Positions 32,095 to 55,100 of a DNA stretch of 64,000 nt are shown here, piece by piece; positions within the stretch are counted from its first letter, which is position 1; each line of letters begins with the position of its first letter. The DNA is taken from the NCBI GenBank assembly GCA_964035545.1, contig OZ037768.1, positions 19,885,700-19,949,699 of the forward strand, in the 5' to 3' direction. The stretch comes from Bugula neritina. Taxonomy: Eukaryota; Animalia; Bryozoa. The translations under genes and the position numbers were made by a program. The notes under the pieces were generated by a model, which saw only the letters and a list, made by a program, of their open reading frames with translations, searched no databases and had not been told where the DNA came from.

Positions 32095-35000
32095 ATGTCT
32101 TCCAACCCCAGCTCAGGAAAATCAGTAAGTTCATAGAATGTAATTGGTTAGGAGTTATGGTGCTCCATTGTCCTTAACAAGCTGTTGAATATTTTGTGCT
32201 GTAGCCACTGCTAGTGACCTAGTTATAAATGATTGTCATAGCAGACATATTTGCTAGATCTATAAAATATCTACTAAGGTAGGATTTTAAGTAGAAATTC
32301 AATTACATTTTGACCTGCTTCCATTGACCATTGTAATTCTACGAAGCAAACTCATGTCATAGTTGACTTTTATTGATGCTATTTTATGATGGATTTATTT
32401 CAGGATAAGCAAATGTATTATATAATATTACTTTATCTGTGTCACCAACATTCTTATTGATAATGCGTGTTCATTCGCTGTTACCGTAAGGCATTTGTGT
32501 ATTTCTTTACTTCTGTTATGTGTTTTCGCGTTAGATTGGGTAGAAGTAAACATACAAGTGTTCAGACTGCTCCAGGCATCCATGATTGCAGAACCGGTCA
32601 GATTATTCTGTACCACATCTGTATCTTTTCCTTTCTCTTTATAGGTATCTGAGTTTATTGACAGAAATAAAGAGAAGGTAAGTTGCTGAAGATATTTGCA
32701 GAGTAATTAATTTTAGAAACCAGATTTTTGATGATTGAGTATTTTTTTAAAAATAAAAGAGCACAGATACTTTGAAAACTTGAAAGATTTATTTTCCAAC
32801 TTTGTAAAACTGTTTATCATGTGGATTGGCCTTCATCTTTCATTGTCTTCTAGTACTCAATAAAGTTGATGAATGGTGATAGTCTTGGAATTTAGCGTTA
32901 GTTTATTGTAACTTTGTCGAACTTTTATAGGCCGAGAAAAATGTTATCGAACAGTTCCCAGCAAAGGTTTTGGAGTTGGACGAGTTTTTAAGGGTAGGTA
33001 TTTTGCAAACTCATGTGCTCTTTGAAAGTATGGTGTAATAAAGTCATGGAATTTTCCTAGCTTCTTAAATTTTAGTAGTCTGGTACATTTGAACAACTAA
33101 ACAAGACCTAGTTCGCCTCAATGGTGCAAAGAAAGCAAAATTATGGCAATCAACTTGATTAGCTGCGATAAATCATAGTATTTTTTTCAAATTTATAGCA
33201 AATATTTTTGTGGGTATGTTGTAAAAAGAAAATTTGATATTTTAAGAGGTTTACTAAATTAAAGCAAGTCGTTAAGCTGTGTGATCATGCTTACGTTATT
33301 GTAATTCTAATTTTGCTCATCCCTTCCAGATATATGCTCTCTCACTATAACATAATAAAAATATATCAGATATAAACTTGCTTTTGTAGTCCGAAATCTT
33401 ATCTTTGAACCGACTACCTCATATATTCACTGAAACAGGTATACCTTCCCCACCTCCCATAACTGACTCAACAGAGTTAACAGATCTCAATGGGGTTTGT
33501 AGCAACTTGTTATGCAGCATTGATTTTATACAGCAATCTAATAGAATTGAATATGTAGAGAAAACTGTTACCCAACATTGCGTATCAATATTATACTTTC
33601 ATGAAGTATAAGCTGTGCTCTTGTTATTTTTTTGTAAACTCTTTTGGCTAATACAAAATTTGCTCATCAGATGCTGTAGAATAGATGAATTGGTGTATGC
33701 AACTGATGTAGTGAAATGTGAATATATCAAATCTATATATCGACGTCAATGTACTGTCTAGACTGTGTTAACTATTGTTATATAAGTGCATATATCCAGC
33801 AGGTTGTATTTAACTGTCCAGCAGGTTACCTCTAAGAAGAGGAAGATTTCGGACAGTGCTATTGAGACAACCGGTACGAAGGTGTACGCGTTCGCTAACG
33901 GAGCCGTCATGTGTAATCCTCATCTTAGAGAACTCATCAACAAAATCAAGCCTAAGATTATGGATCTCATGGATTCCACAAACAGTGTGAGTACTACTAG
34001 TTACAGTGTGAGTACTACTAGTTACAGTGTGAGTACTATTAGTTACAGTGTAAGTACTATTAGTTACAGTGTGAGTACTGCTAGTTACAGTGTAAGTACT
34101 GATTTTTACGGTGTAAACTGTACTAATGGTTGCAGTGTGAGTACTAATAGTTACAGTGTGAGTACTACTAGTTACAGTGTGAGTACTACTAGTTACATTG
34201 TGAGTACTAATAGTTACAGTGTGAGTACTACTAGTTACAGTGTGAGTACTACTAGTTACAGTGTGAGTACTACTAGTTACAGTGTGAGTACTAATAGTTA
34301 CAGTGTGAGTACTACTAGTTACAGTGTGAGTACTATTAGTTACAGTTTGAGTACTAGTAGTTACAGTGTAAACTGTACTAATGGTTGCAGTGTAAGTACT
34401 AGTAGTTACAGTGTGAGTACTAGTAGTTACAGTGTGAGTACTAGTAGTTACAGTGTGAGTACTAGTAGTTACAGTGTGAGTACTAGTAGTTACAGTGTGA
34501 GTGCTAGTAGTTACAGTGTGAGTACTAGTAGTTACAGTGTAAGTACTGATAATTACAGTGTAAGTACTACTAGTTACAGTGTAAGTACTGATAGTTACAG
34601 TGTAAGTACTACTAGTTACAGTGTGAGTACTACTAGTTATAATGGCTGTGTTATCAATTGCTTCTTGTGGTATGACTTGCTGATTAAAAGCCCAAAATTC
34701 AACGCAAAGTATTACAGGTTACTGGGGCACCTGAATTGCACCCGTGTTCTGCGACAAAGCACTGGCAATGGAGTTGTTTCAGAAACTTTACATCTGCTGA
34801 CCAGATGGTGTTGAGTGTCTGGCTGTTATGCTAGTCACTATATTTCAGAGTGCCACTAATAAACTGCTCAGTTCAATCTGACAGAATTTTTATCAAATTT
34901 TAAACAAAGCTGGACTTGTAAACCCTAAGCCCCGAATAAGTCACTCTATAGATGCAAAAGTTTTACAATACAACATTTTTATATTTATACATATTAGTGC

Positions 35001-36174
35001 ACCGTTTTGAAATTCATTCTATTTTTACTATGTTTTGTATTTCTAGAGGTGCTGGATAACTAACAATAAAATATACCAATATTGATTATATTAATTACTT
35101 TGTCTTCTTTTAGATAAAAATGTGGATTCAAATGAACATACCGAGGATAGAGGATGGGAACAACTTTGGTGTTTCTATACAGGTAATGCTGTGTATGATT
35201 AGATAAGTCAAGATAGTGTTAAGTTAGTCAAGTCTTGTATAAAATTGGTTAAGTCCTGTGCTGAGTTAGTCAAGTCTTGTGTTAAGTTAGTTAAGTCCTG
35301 TGTTAAGTTAGTCAAGTCCTGTGTTAAGTTAGTTAAGTCCTGTGTTAAGTTGGTCAAGTCTTGTGTTAGCAAATCAACTCTCACTCTGCACACAGGAAGA
35401 AGCCCTTGCAGAGGCGAGGCAAGTTGAGGGAGAAGCTGCTACTTATCTCGATGCTGTCACCAGATACTTTGTGCACAGAGCTAAGCTGTGTGGCAAGCTA
35501 GCTAAATATCCTCATTTGGTTTGTAGTTATGACCTTATTTATTTATTTATCTTGTTGACTTTTTACTTATTTGATTTTAGATTTTGACTGCACACACTTT
35601 TTGGCAAGTAAACTTTGAATTTATTCATTGCAATTATATTTTTAAAAAGCAACCCTAGTTATGTAAGTGGCAGCAACTAGCCCCCCCTCCCCCCCCCCCG
35701 GCAGCGACATACTATCATGCTGCTCATGTTGTAACGTTGCAGGATGATTATCGACAAGCTATTAAAGAACTGGATGAGAAGGAGTTCATCACTCTTAGGC
35801 TTGTCTGCGCAGAGCTTCGAAACCACTATGTGAGTTATAATAAAATGTATTATTATATGTACATGTAGATATATAGTTATATTATTAGTGGGTTACAGTG
35901 TATATATACTTTGTAATACCCTACAATACCATGTGATAATTTATAATGCCATGTAGGAATTTGAAAAATTGGTTTGGATGTGTGTTCTAGTTTAAACTTA
36001 ATTTTCAGAAAATGTTGCTTTGATAATTAATTTTGATAAATAAAAAAATAAAAGATTAGATCATGTTGATATTTTATTACTGATGCCTTTCAGGCCGGAT
36101 TACATGACATAATCATCAAGAATTTAGATAAAATAAAGAAACCGAGGACACAGAATGTTGATACTATGTACTAA
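32095..36174 (+). CDS. PSME3: Proteasome activator complex subunit 3 (PA28-gamma/REG-gamma), about 251 aa, 9 coding exons
   Basis: Exons 32095-32124, 32645-32677, 32931-32993, 33390-33494, 33822-33986, 35114-35182, 35396-35518, 35743-35829, 36094-36174. Motifs: FPAKVLELDEFL, NLS-like KKRK, activation loop KMWIQMNIPRIEDGNNFGVSIQEE, AKYPHLDDYR, LHDIIIKNLDKIKKPR, C-terminal MY*. AATAAA at 36533-36538. Confidence 0.96.
33982..34640 (+). repeat. 21-bp minisatellite (GTGAGTACTACTAGTTACAGT, about 31 copies) starting at a PSME3 exon/intron junction
   Basis: Each unit reproduces the real donor context ACAGT|GTGAGT. Confidence 0.95.
35207..35368. repeat. 21-bp minisatellite (GTCAAGTCYTGTGTTAAGTTA, about 8 copies) filling most of a PSME3 intron
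   Basis: Seen directly. Confidence 0.9.
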
Positions 36175-37648
36175 ACAGACCGGTTACCATCGCATTGAAC
36201 GGACCCCCCCCCCACATTCTAGTAAACGAGTGGGTCCACCCAGTCTTGTGATGTAGAAGCTGAAGTTGTCTGCTCTCTGTACCTCCATACTTTCACTAGT
36301 CATGTTATTCTGAGTTGGGCCTGGCGACAAGCTCTATCATTCTTATCATTTAGTAGTTTTTTTAACCCATGAAAATGAAGCCCATTATTATTTGAGAATT
36401 GATTTACCAGTCCTAGATTTCTTCTGAATATTAATGCGAACTTTGCACAGTATTGTAAATTTACAGACTAAGCTTTCCATTGTTGTAAAAATTTATGTTT
36501 AGGTATAGACTTTGATTAGGTTTTTCTTTGATAATAAACCATTTATATTAATAATACAACATGCTTTCTCTGTTACTACTGACCATATAGTTTTATTGTT
36601 TGATGCATAGCATGATTACTGTAACTATGCTGAGTGTTGCTAAGTTCACTAGATGGGAAATTCACTGCTGTTAGATTTCGTGCAAAAGTTGCATTCTAAT
36701 TCTTGTTCCAAACTGCAATGTATTATGCACATTGACAAATAACTTCTTCGAAGCAATTTCTTTGTTGGTTTTTCTAAGCTTCATATAATTTGATTGAGCT
36801 TGAATCTACACACCTTTCAAATATGCTTTGAAGACATTGGTGTTTGGCTGTCGAGAATGTGCGAGCCATTGCGCTCTTGGGCTAAGGAGGAGGCAAATCC
36901 TAAAATGGTTGTACACAGGTTTCACACTCCAGTGAACAAGCCATGTTAAAATCAAAGCACTGTATCATGCAAAAGTTGCCTGTAGCATTGGTTAAGTGTC
37001 TTGTAAAGACCTAATGCTAAGTTGTTGAGAATCACAAGCTAGTTTTTGCACTTTGAGACAAATAATATATTTGGTATTTATTGCTTTTAAGTTTAGAGGC
37101 TAAATATTCAGTTGATTTAGATTATTTACTAGATAAACTACATACTACACTGTGACATAGAGGTATTACAGAAATTAATCTGCATGTTTACAGCTATAAC
37201 AGCATAAGTTTATATTAATTAAATGTGTAATAGTGCATTTTATACTTTAACAGATTCAACTTTCTGAATAGAAAACAGCTGTTGCATCAAATATTTTGAA
37301 TATGTGAAATAACTGAATTAGTTGTCAAAATGTTTAGTAGAATTTAAAATTTTAATTTACTTTTAAAAAAGGTAAGAATTTTAGCTGTTGATTACCTTTG
37401 CTGATGTCGCCAAACCTAACTTGCAGGTCATAATATTTCTCTTGAGTGAATAATAATTTCTATTTATGAAATTACCTGCGATGCTGAAATCAACAATTAA
37501 CTTTATTAAGTTATCTACACCCCTATCAACAACTGCATGTGTTATGTTGTTTAGTCTTGTATTTAGAGAAAAATATACCTGGTGTCGTTGAGCGACTAAA
37601 ACCTGTAACCAACTCCATTACAATGAAAGCAAGAAGCTAGGGAAGAGC

Positions 37649-45472
<7,824 letters not shown>

Positions 45473-48361
45473 CTGAATGCAGATTGTGTAAAGTGGCTGT
45501 AGTGGTTAACAGTTAGAAAAAAATTGAGTTTCAACAGCAATTGACAAAATAACAAGTTTATTTAAAGCATCTCTGAGATTTGGAATAAAAGAAATCATAT
45601 TTTATACAACCTGTGCTACAAAGATAATAAAACTATGCAAAAGATTTGTCTATATATTTTGGTAAAGTGACAACCTTATTTGGTAGCTTGACATCAAATG
45701 CTTTGCATTATGCTTCAAATGCAGCAAATGAAATCAGCCATAATTTTCAAGAGAAATTGAAATTTAATAACCATTTCATAGTTAGCAGCTTAGAGTTTTG
45801 GGCTAGGTTTTGAGTAAACATAAAATCTATAGCACCTTTCAGGCTATGTTATCTGTTGCTGGAAAAAAGTGCAGGGTAGATTTAGTAATTCTGTTATCCA
45901 ACCAGCTTCCAGCGTGCTGGGTAATCAATTTTTGCATTAATGTTGCTTTTTTCTAACTTGTATATACATTAAAATTGGAAAATCTATGCATAATAATGCA
46001 CTATACATTTTATTTATGGCCTTGCATTAGATTCTTTTGACAAATAACCATATTTTTATTTTAGTCAGAGTATTTTCATGTTGCTAAACTGTAGGCCTAT
46101 GCATTTTTTCTATAAAAAGAACTTAATCTATGATTCAGATAATTTACAAACTAATCGGACATAATAATAAGATTTTTGGCTTTACAGTCTTGTTATAGCG
46201 AGAGCGAGTTACTTTTTTAATAAGAGTGTTCAGTGCAAGAGCTAGTTGCAAGTTGAATTGAAGCTGCTAATGGTCTTTATTTTACTAGTGCTGATGCTAC
46301 GGTTCATTGAGGGCACAGGTTGCACCAGAATTACTATATCTATCATAAAACAGTTTACATCCAAATTCACTTTTAGAATTACAAATTGCAACATAAAACA
46401 ACTTTGTTTTTTAAAATTGAGCTACATGCAAGTTTAAGAACTGGTTAGATTATTAGAATATATTTTAGCAGAGAAATTTTTACATATTTCACTTGCACGC
46501 AGTAATTTATATGTATATTTTAATGAATAATGTAATGTTAAAAATACCTACTATGGGTAAAATAAGTCCGAAGCATGTTATCAAAAATATTATTAAATAA
46601 TATTGAGGCATTAATTAGTATTCCATTTGCGCACCAACTTGCAGTTGAATGTTTAAACAAGAAGCACAAAGTTTTACAGGAGCAGCTATTTGTGTATATC
46701 ACTTTTCAGAGGCCCAGCAATTTGTGTATATTGCTTGCATGCAGCAGCAAATCACTTGAAGTTTAGAACACAATTTCTCTCCCAAGGTTTGGAACACACT
46801 TCTACAGGCAGCTGGTTCTGTACTTGCTAAATCTATTAGACATACATCTGCATGCTACATTATTTAAGTTAAATAAGCCACTGGCTTTCTCCCCTTAGCC
46901 TGCTCTTTCACATTAGGAAAATCAAGATACAGGTGAATACAGGTAAGTTTGGCATTTGGTATTGAAGTTTAATAGTATGTCGCAGGTCTTTGACGAGTAA
47001 TAAAGAATAACTATAGATGAGCTAGTAGCCTAAACTGTGAAATATCTTTGAGACTAGCTGCACTCTACCTATGTACCGGAAGAGTGTAAGCAACTGCAAC
47101 ATGCTGGTTTGTGGGAGAGACATAGTTGGAGTTTGAGTAGACGTCTAGTTTGGTTGAAGTGGAGTAGTAGACGGCCACTCGCACACTCTCAGTTGAGTCG
47201 GCTTGCAGTAAATAGAACCTGGCGTATTGAGGATTTGAGCCAGATGGGAGGGGGGCACAATAGGCCGAATTTTAAATTCATTGCTCTCATTCGTCCGTTT
47301 TTCAAGTTGCTAGTTCAATAACCTCTAGTCTAAATGTTACACCAGTTGTCTATTATAGGTATCAGCTGGTTGTTTCTATCTCTTTCACAACCTGCGGAAT
47401 AATGAAATTCTCATGACGAAAAAACTGGCCCATTGTGCTCTGTACCGAGCTACAATGGGTCACTGGGTAAGACACAACAAATATATTGAAACAGATAGGG
47501 GGGGGGGGCAAAGTCAAATGCACATTACTCATTTCTACGGTGCCATAATCATTACTGTTTACAACTAAAAATGTTTTTTCTACTTCCACTTCACAGGAAC
47601 TTTCATCAGAAAAAACTTTAGTGACATGTGCTACAAACTTCCGGGTAGACTTTTTTCTATGAACTGTAGCTAAGGTGGCTGAAGTTTGTGGCTGGAGTGC
47701 AGAAAGGGGGGGGAGGAAATGAGCAATTCACAATTTATTTTAGTCAAATACAAGCATATTTTCTCAAAGATATAATGTATAATGAATATCATGACAATAT
47801 ATTAGTAGCAACACCATGCAGAGTGTTTTGTATGATGTATAAAACGGCAAAGCTACCAACCTCACCAGATACATATGAGGGCAGCTTAATCTTGTAGTTT
47901 GGTACTCTTATCACTATGTCTTTGATATTTTACAAAAAGAAGGTCAAAATGGCCATAATATCTATAAATTTCATTAACACTTAAACTAATTTTTTGGGAA
48001 GCAAATTAATAACGGTGCTCAGGGTGCAATGGTCAGGTGGCCAAGTTGAAAATAAATGTGGCTCAAGGAAAATTTATTTTAGAATTTGCTATTATACCAG
48101 TTAAGCAATATAGAGACAAGCAACAGCAACAATATAAGTAAAAACTAGGCTTATTACCTTTGAGTGAAAAAAATTATGAAGCTTTAATGACATCTTAAGA
48201 AATTACAAACAGTAGGTAAAAATAGCTTTTGACTCGCTTCTTCAACATTATGCTCCGCAAGTGTTGAAACTACAATGGCTGAATAATTATGTCTGTTACT
48301 GGCCCCGTATGAATTAAACCAGGATTTCCAAACGCAGAAGTTTATTGCTTATACTTGTTGG

Positions 48362-48456
48362 TAAACTTGCTGTGATAAACTTGCTGTGATAAACTTGCTG
48401 TGATAAACTTGCTGTGATAAACTTGCTGTGATAAACTTGCTGTGATAAACTTGCTG
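48362..48456. repeat. 14-bp tandem repeat (TAAACTTGCTGTGA, about 6.5 copies)
   Basis: Seen directly. Confidence 0.92.
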
Positions 48457-51400
48457 GTAAAAACTACATAAGAAAGGCAAAAGTTATATAAATGATTGCA
48501 TGCATATAAATGTGGTTAAAAATATTAAAGTAATGCTCACAAAAACCATAAAGTAAATTAATTATAAAATAATAATTCAGATAATAATATGAATAAAAGT
48601 AACTAACCTCTTGGGTCCTTCATAAACAGTGCCAGTAAATAATATATTGTCAAACCAGTAGAAGAATAAAATAATAAGTACAGTTTTGTTAAAGAGTGCT
48701 GCCAACTGATTGTGTTAAGTTTGTAAAGTGTTTATATACTCTGGTTGTTGTTACTGTACCAGGCAAAAACATATTGCATAAACAACTATTGTCCCTAAAA
48801 ATTACCACAATGATTGTGTCCCAAAACATAGTAAACATTCACTGGGTAGCCTCAGGGTACCAACCCAGCCCGTACAGGTAGGGCAAGAATGACAGCCACC
48901 CCAACCACAATGACCTGACCACAAATCTAATAGTCAGCACAAGGCAGATGAGTAATGCCTGCTGACGTATGTCACCTAAACATAAATAGGAAGTTAATGG
49001 GGTCAACAGTTATTTATAGTGGGCAACACACAACCAGTTACAATGTCATCACCTTTTTATTAAAAAAATTACAACTCTAAGTCAATAAGTTCTTTCACAA
49101 TTTGACCCGCTTTTTTTTACACTTATGACTGTTTTGCCCACCCCCCCTCCCCCCCTCTATCACTCCTATAGCCTATAGGCCTACATTAAAGAAAATAAAA
49201 GTTTTATCAAGGGAAGGCAACTTCTTAACAACTTGAATAGCTCAATTTTTTGAAACCTAGTACGACTTACTTGTAACACACAGTGCTTATTTAACTTATA
49301 GCTAAATTTCAGAGAACAAGGAATCTGGTGATATATTTCTAATATATATCCTGATATATTTATAATCTTCAGATGATTTTAATGCGCAACATTCATATTT
49401 TTATAAAATATTTAATATTATATAACTTATGCTGAGTTTACAGTCTATAAAGGAATATGAAGACTTTAAAATGATAATAGTACATAATACTAGCAGTGTG
49501 GCTGTCTTAATAGTATCCTGTTGCTACAACTCTACAGAATGTTCTATGCGGTTCTGCACTTCCTATAGTCAAGCTTACAATACAAAATATACTACATGAT
49601 CTTCTCTATTGATTGTGCGAGAATAAAAATATAGTAGGGTATGCACAAAGCTTTTCCATTAAAAAGCTACAATACTTACTTCAATTATATTCAAAAACAA
49701 AAAACATTGGAGTATTTATTTGGCATGCCCGGAAGCTTAGACATAAAGCTTTAGACTCGTAAAGCTCAGAAAAGCTAGCTATTAAAACAAAAAAATTATA
49801 GCAACAAATCTTTGCTGTGCATTAGTATCGAGAAGTTTTAGCTTTATCGTTACCAGTTAAACTGTGAAGTTTATATAGCCCATGTGCTCCATGCTGTGCT
49901 ATCTTTGTATTCTGTGTGTCTGGCTGTACATAATAATTGACATTTTAATATCCTCAATTCACATGCCTTTTATAAATGTCTTATCTGATGTCTAAAGTAT
50001 AATTATTATTTACAGAAACCTATTTATGGCCTTTTTAAGCAAGAGGGTGATTTATCTAGTGTAGTGTATAATTATTATTATAAATGTGTCTCTAAGCTTC
50101 TTTGAACCATGAATCAAAATGCCTCAGTAACAAACTATAAGTATAGCAAACACATTATTTTGTTCTATGAAATCACAGACTATTTTTGTCAGCTGAATTT
50201 ATTCAATCTTTATCTCTCTACTTGGCTTGTATATGGTTTATAAATTAGGAAGTTGATTTTCACTAGAAATTGCATTACATAAATTATAATAACCCAAAAT
50301 TTAATGCATTTATTAACAGGCACTGACTGAAATTGATACATGTTTGCAGGTGCTTGAACGATGTTCTGACACTTGGCTATAAATAGTAAACTGTAGAAAC
50401 TCTCGAACAAGTAATTTCAAAGAACATAATCATTGCATCAATATTGCAGTAAATTTTCTATAGTTTTAATTTTGGATTTAGGTTTAAAGATATAAATTTT
50501 TTGAGTCTTTAATGTTCCATCGATAAGACAAAATTACTGTATTTAAATAGTTGCTACTGGAAACTAAATTAGGATACCATAACTCTTGCAAATACAGCAT
50601 AAATCATCATTGTTTTTGTTGTACAATCATGGACACATAATATGCTTTGGTAACATATAATAACACATAATAATAATAACATATAATAACACACAGCTGG
50701 TATCCTTGTGTATTAATACTGTGTTTAGTTTATCGACAATAAATGCATCTTTATACAAACAAAAATAACAGTTTTTCACTCTTATATAACCCTAACATGA
50801 AATTCGTAGTAACCAAAATAAAGTGTCGTTTCACTCAAAACTTTGAAGTAAAAAAAGTAAATTGAACACATTTTTTATATAACTTCAACTTTGTAATTCA
50901 TATTGCTACCAATAATAAAATCTGTACAATTTTAATGTATAATAAATAATTGCAAATTTTCTTGCACCGGTGTTTTTACATTTAACTTTTTGTAAGTAGA
51001 TTTATTTTAGACACATGCAGTTACTGTTAGAAACATATAAAAATCTGTTGGGGCTTATAAACTAAGCCTGCAACAGAGGTTTCATCCCAGATAGACATTT
51101 CTCCGTTAGAAGCTATTTTTATTTTGGTACCATAATAATGTATATAACTGTCATATTGATTGCTTAATAGCTGATATGCTAATAGATATAGTAGCTAATA
51201 TAAAGTATCTGGAATAATAATCCACTTTTCACGAATTTGTGTAGGGTAAAAAACAGTATTATATTAAAAATAGACATTAGTTTTAATATATAAATACTTA
51301 TTAATGAAGTGTTTTTTCAAGAAGTATAGAATGTGCAAAATAATTAAGTTAATGCAGATCACAAGAATTTATTTATGTGTTAAATAACAAGCAATTGATT

Positions 51401-52130
51401 CAAGTTTATTTGAAAATGCATATATTTAAAAAATATTCAAATAAATTACACATAAATATATATTGTACCAAAATAAATAAATAGGGTCTAACTGGGAAAC
51501 ATCCATGTTTGATTACAGCACAACAGAAACCTGGTAAAAATTTGCTAAAAAACAACCAACAAATGAACAATGAAAATGTTAATAAAAAGCAAAAACTGTA
51601 CTGGAGTGTAAATTCCTAATCTGAAGTAATGGACAAGTAGCAATCAGGGCTTGAATCATTACATTACTTAAATCTACCACCAGATTAACATGAATAGATT
51701 CATAAACAAGTTGCATCAGTACTTATCTTTTTTATTATCATCACAGACATATTGTAAATTACTATTATGTTCATAAATATTATTATTCTCAAACTTATTC
51801 AATGACAGAATCAAAAGTAAGTTGTTTACTCATGTTTAGAAATTGCAGGTTTTTGAGAGAGCATGCTGTGAAAGTTATATAATTCTTAAATAAATTGACA
51901 CTAGCTATCTGTTGTAAAGCAAGAAAAGCTAAAAGGTGTCTGCTGAAAAGCTGCAGCTTTCAGTGTTTGACCACCAGCTATTAAAAGAGTTGTAGCTAAT
52001 CTTTCTATATAAACACACACCGTGGCTGCAACATAAATCTTCGCATCTAAAAGGTCACCAATTAATGTCAACTCTGCGTGCATTGTTGAACACCAACCTA
52101 TAACCAATAGGAAGTTAAAGAAACTTGAAA

Positions 52131-55100
52131 ATGGCAGACGAAGGGACTGCAAATAAAGCAGCTACACAGGAAGTGAGCGATACAACACCTACTAGCTCGG
52201 AAGAGGCATGCCGGGACACGGAAGGAGTGAGTGGAGATACCAAGGCAACTGAGAAAGAACCCATAACCTCTAGTACGGCAGAATCAATTGGTGGTGAAAA
52301 AGAAATCACAATGAAAGACTTGAAACAAACCAGCACAGAGTCTCATGGGAAAGAAGAATTTAGCAAGAGTGATAGTGTAAATAAGCCTGGTTTTGATGGT
52401 ATTAAAAAGTTTGTTTTAGGAAAATCTGGCATTAAAGCTTCTGTTGTCGGTAAGTTAATATAGTCTACTCGCACATGTAAAGTGGATCATTTTTGTTGAA
52501 TTTTTAGTTCACTAGAATAACAACTGAAGATAATACAAAAAAATTTATTTAAAAATCGGTTTTTGCAGATTTTAAAGCAAATTGCTTGTTATTGACTTGG
52601 CTAAGTTGAATGCAAACTTTTCATACTCAACTCAAAAACTATATAGCATAAAAATTAGGAAAACATAAAAATTTGAAAATATTTTATTTTCATATCTGTT
52701 TTCTAAGATCTACATATTTCAATTTATTTTTTAACAGCTTTTATAAAAAGAAATACATGATGAAAGTTTAAAGTATAATTTGCATGATTGTATGCAGGGG
52801 TGGGAACTGCCGGATTAGCTGGCTTACATGGTGAAATGGATGAAGAGGAAGCAGTGAATGCAATAGAGTTTGCGATTGAATGTGGAGTTAATTTCATAGA
52901 TACGGCACCGTACTACAATAACAGGCAGTAAGTTATAAACCCTTACATTATATTATGTTACCCATACAGAGGGAGTTTGAGAGCTAGTCTATAGTATACA
53001 CCAGCTCACTAACAATTGCTCCCTTTGCTATAATAGCGAAAGAGTCCTTAAAAACCGCTTTTCATCAAAGTTTTTCACCAAGATGATGACTACAAACCCA
53101 TGTGAGCTTATTATGTTTACTAAGTATGTGGTAAACATTATTACTCATAACATTGCAGACAATAAACCTGCAACGTAATATCTTATAACTACCACAGCAA
53201 TTGGCAATTACATTGCAATATTAATTATAGTTGGTAGAAAATAGTAGCATGTGATGTTTTAAAGTAATGAATTAGGTATAGGCAGCCATTAATTATAAGG
53301 GGCAGTTTCAAGGTAAAATTCATTATTTTTAGGGCAGAAGACTTGCTGAAAGATATTATTGCTAAATATGATAGAGAAAGTCTGTGCATAGCTACAAAAG
53401 TGTGCAGGTACATGAATTCAAAGGAGCGGACTGAAAGGTGTGTATATAAAGTGTTTCGTGTGACATATAGCCTGTATGTCCAGGTCGCATATGTTCAAAG
53501 AGGTTTAAATGAGGAGATAACTTGTTGGTTAGTGATTAGTGTTTTCTCATCATGTTTAATTATATTCAGGATTTCATTTATAATACAAATCTAACCAGCT
53601 TTTGTACTGGAAATATTTAAAAATGCAGCTAATTAGTTCCTTATAACATCTTATCTACTAAATCTGATCATAATTTTTCATTTATCAGGTTCATACTTTT
53701 ATTTTAACCATATGGCTCATATTAATCGCTTAACCTATTTTTGCAAAAAGTCTCAAAAAAGTAGTATTTTTAAAAGATGTTGCAGTTTTCCATACAAGCT
53801 GAAAAACATTTTTGCAAATTTAAAATTTTTTGAAAATTTTGCTGAGGTTTTGCATTTCGATAGTTATACTAGACCAAAACATTTAAACTTGACATAGTGT
53901 GAAAAGATATTTGAGAGCTTTCATTGAATTTGCATTCAAGTCTCAATATTCTGCAAACAAGGTATTATAATCTCAAATTGGTACCCTACAGTTACACACT
54001 TACTACTTCTGCAGCTTGTTTAAGGCACACTGTGTGTGTAAGTAAATGCAGCAGCACCAGGTACTTCTTTACAATTTTGGAAGAAAATTCTAAAATTAAA
54101 ATGAATATAAAGCAGCATATATCAATGAACATATTTGACATAATACATATTTTTGGGTTTCTTGGATTTGGCTTAGTGGCAAATGCATTGCCACCATTGA
54201 TTTAGAAAAATTAAACTTAACCTTCTATGACCAATCTAGTAGAATTTTTAATCATTATTTTGTGTTGCCGTCTGCCAGAAATTAGCACATCTATTAAAAA
54301 TAGGCTGCTATTTAACACAAAAAGTCAGAGCTACAGAGAAAGCATAACAGTTTGATTATGAGTACTCATTTTAACAGCACACTAGGATTGGGTATTGACT
54401 GTAAGAGCAGTATTTAAAATATCTTGTGATTGGCCCTTGCTTGTGTATGCCATTTCAAACCATTTACCAATGTAAGTCGGGTCTTTAGTCAACTTGGCAA
54501 CACGTACTAGCATAGACTATAGAGCACACTTTTAGTGGGTCAATTGTGAAATAATCTAAAAATAACTGTAACTAGCCACTGCAGTTCCATAATTTTTTAG
54601 ACTTAAATTTGCTCTCCGAATACAGCAGCCGTTGTTTTTTCTTTTAGCTTTGATTTTTCTGCTTCTACGACTGAGATGAGTGTAATGGAAAGCATGAAAC
54701 GCATGGGCCTGTCTTACATAGATGTTGTGCAAATTCATGATGTTGAACACGCGCCTAGTTTAGAATACCTGGAAAAAGAAACAATTCCTGCATTGCTCAA
54801 GTTAAAAGAGAAAGGTCTCATCAAAGCTATTGGTGTAACAGGTAAGCATTTACTAACAAGTATTCCTAATTTGTTTAATAATTCACATTTTTCACATATT
54901 GATTATTTAATTTGCTTCAATTTAAAAAATCCTTATCAATTGTCCACAATAATAAAATGAGTTGCATAATATAGTAGCTGCAATATAAAGCGATGGCTCA
55001 TGTTTAAACTTAAATATAAATTATGAATGTAGTGTTACCTATATTTGTTATTGCCAGGTTACTCTACCAGACACCTGCGGAAAGTTGTTGAGAGTTTTAC

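Noticed and set aside
33786-34814. 342-aa Ser/Thr/Tyr-repeat ORF as an independent gene
   Set aside because: It is a PSME3 exon read through into an intronic minisatellite.
48608-48975. Minus-strand exon-like segment with acceptor and donor
   Set aside because: Stops in all three frames and no partner exons found; at most non-coding.
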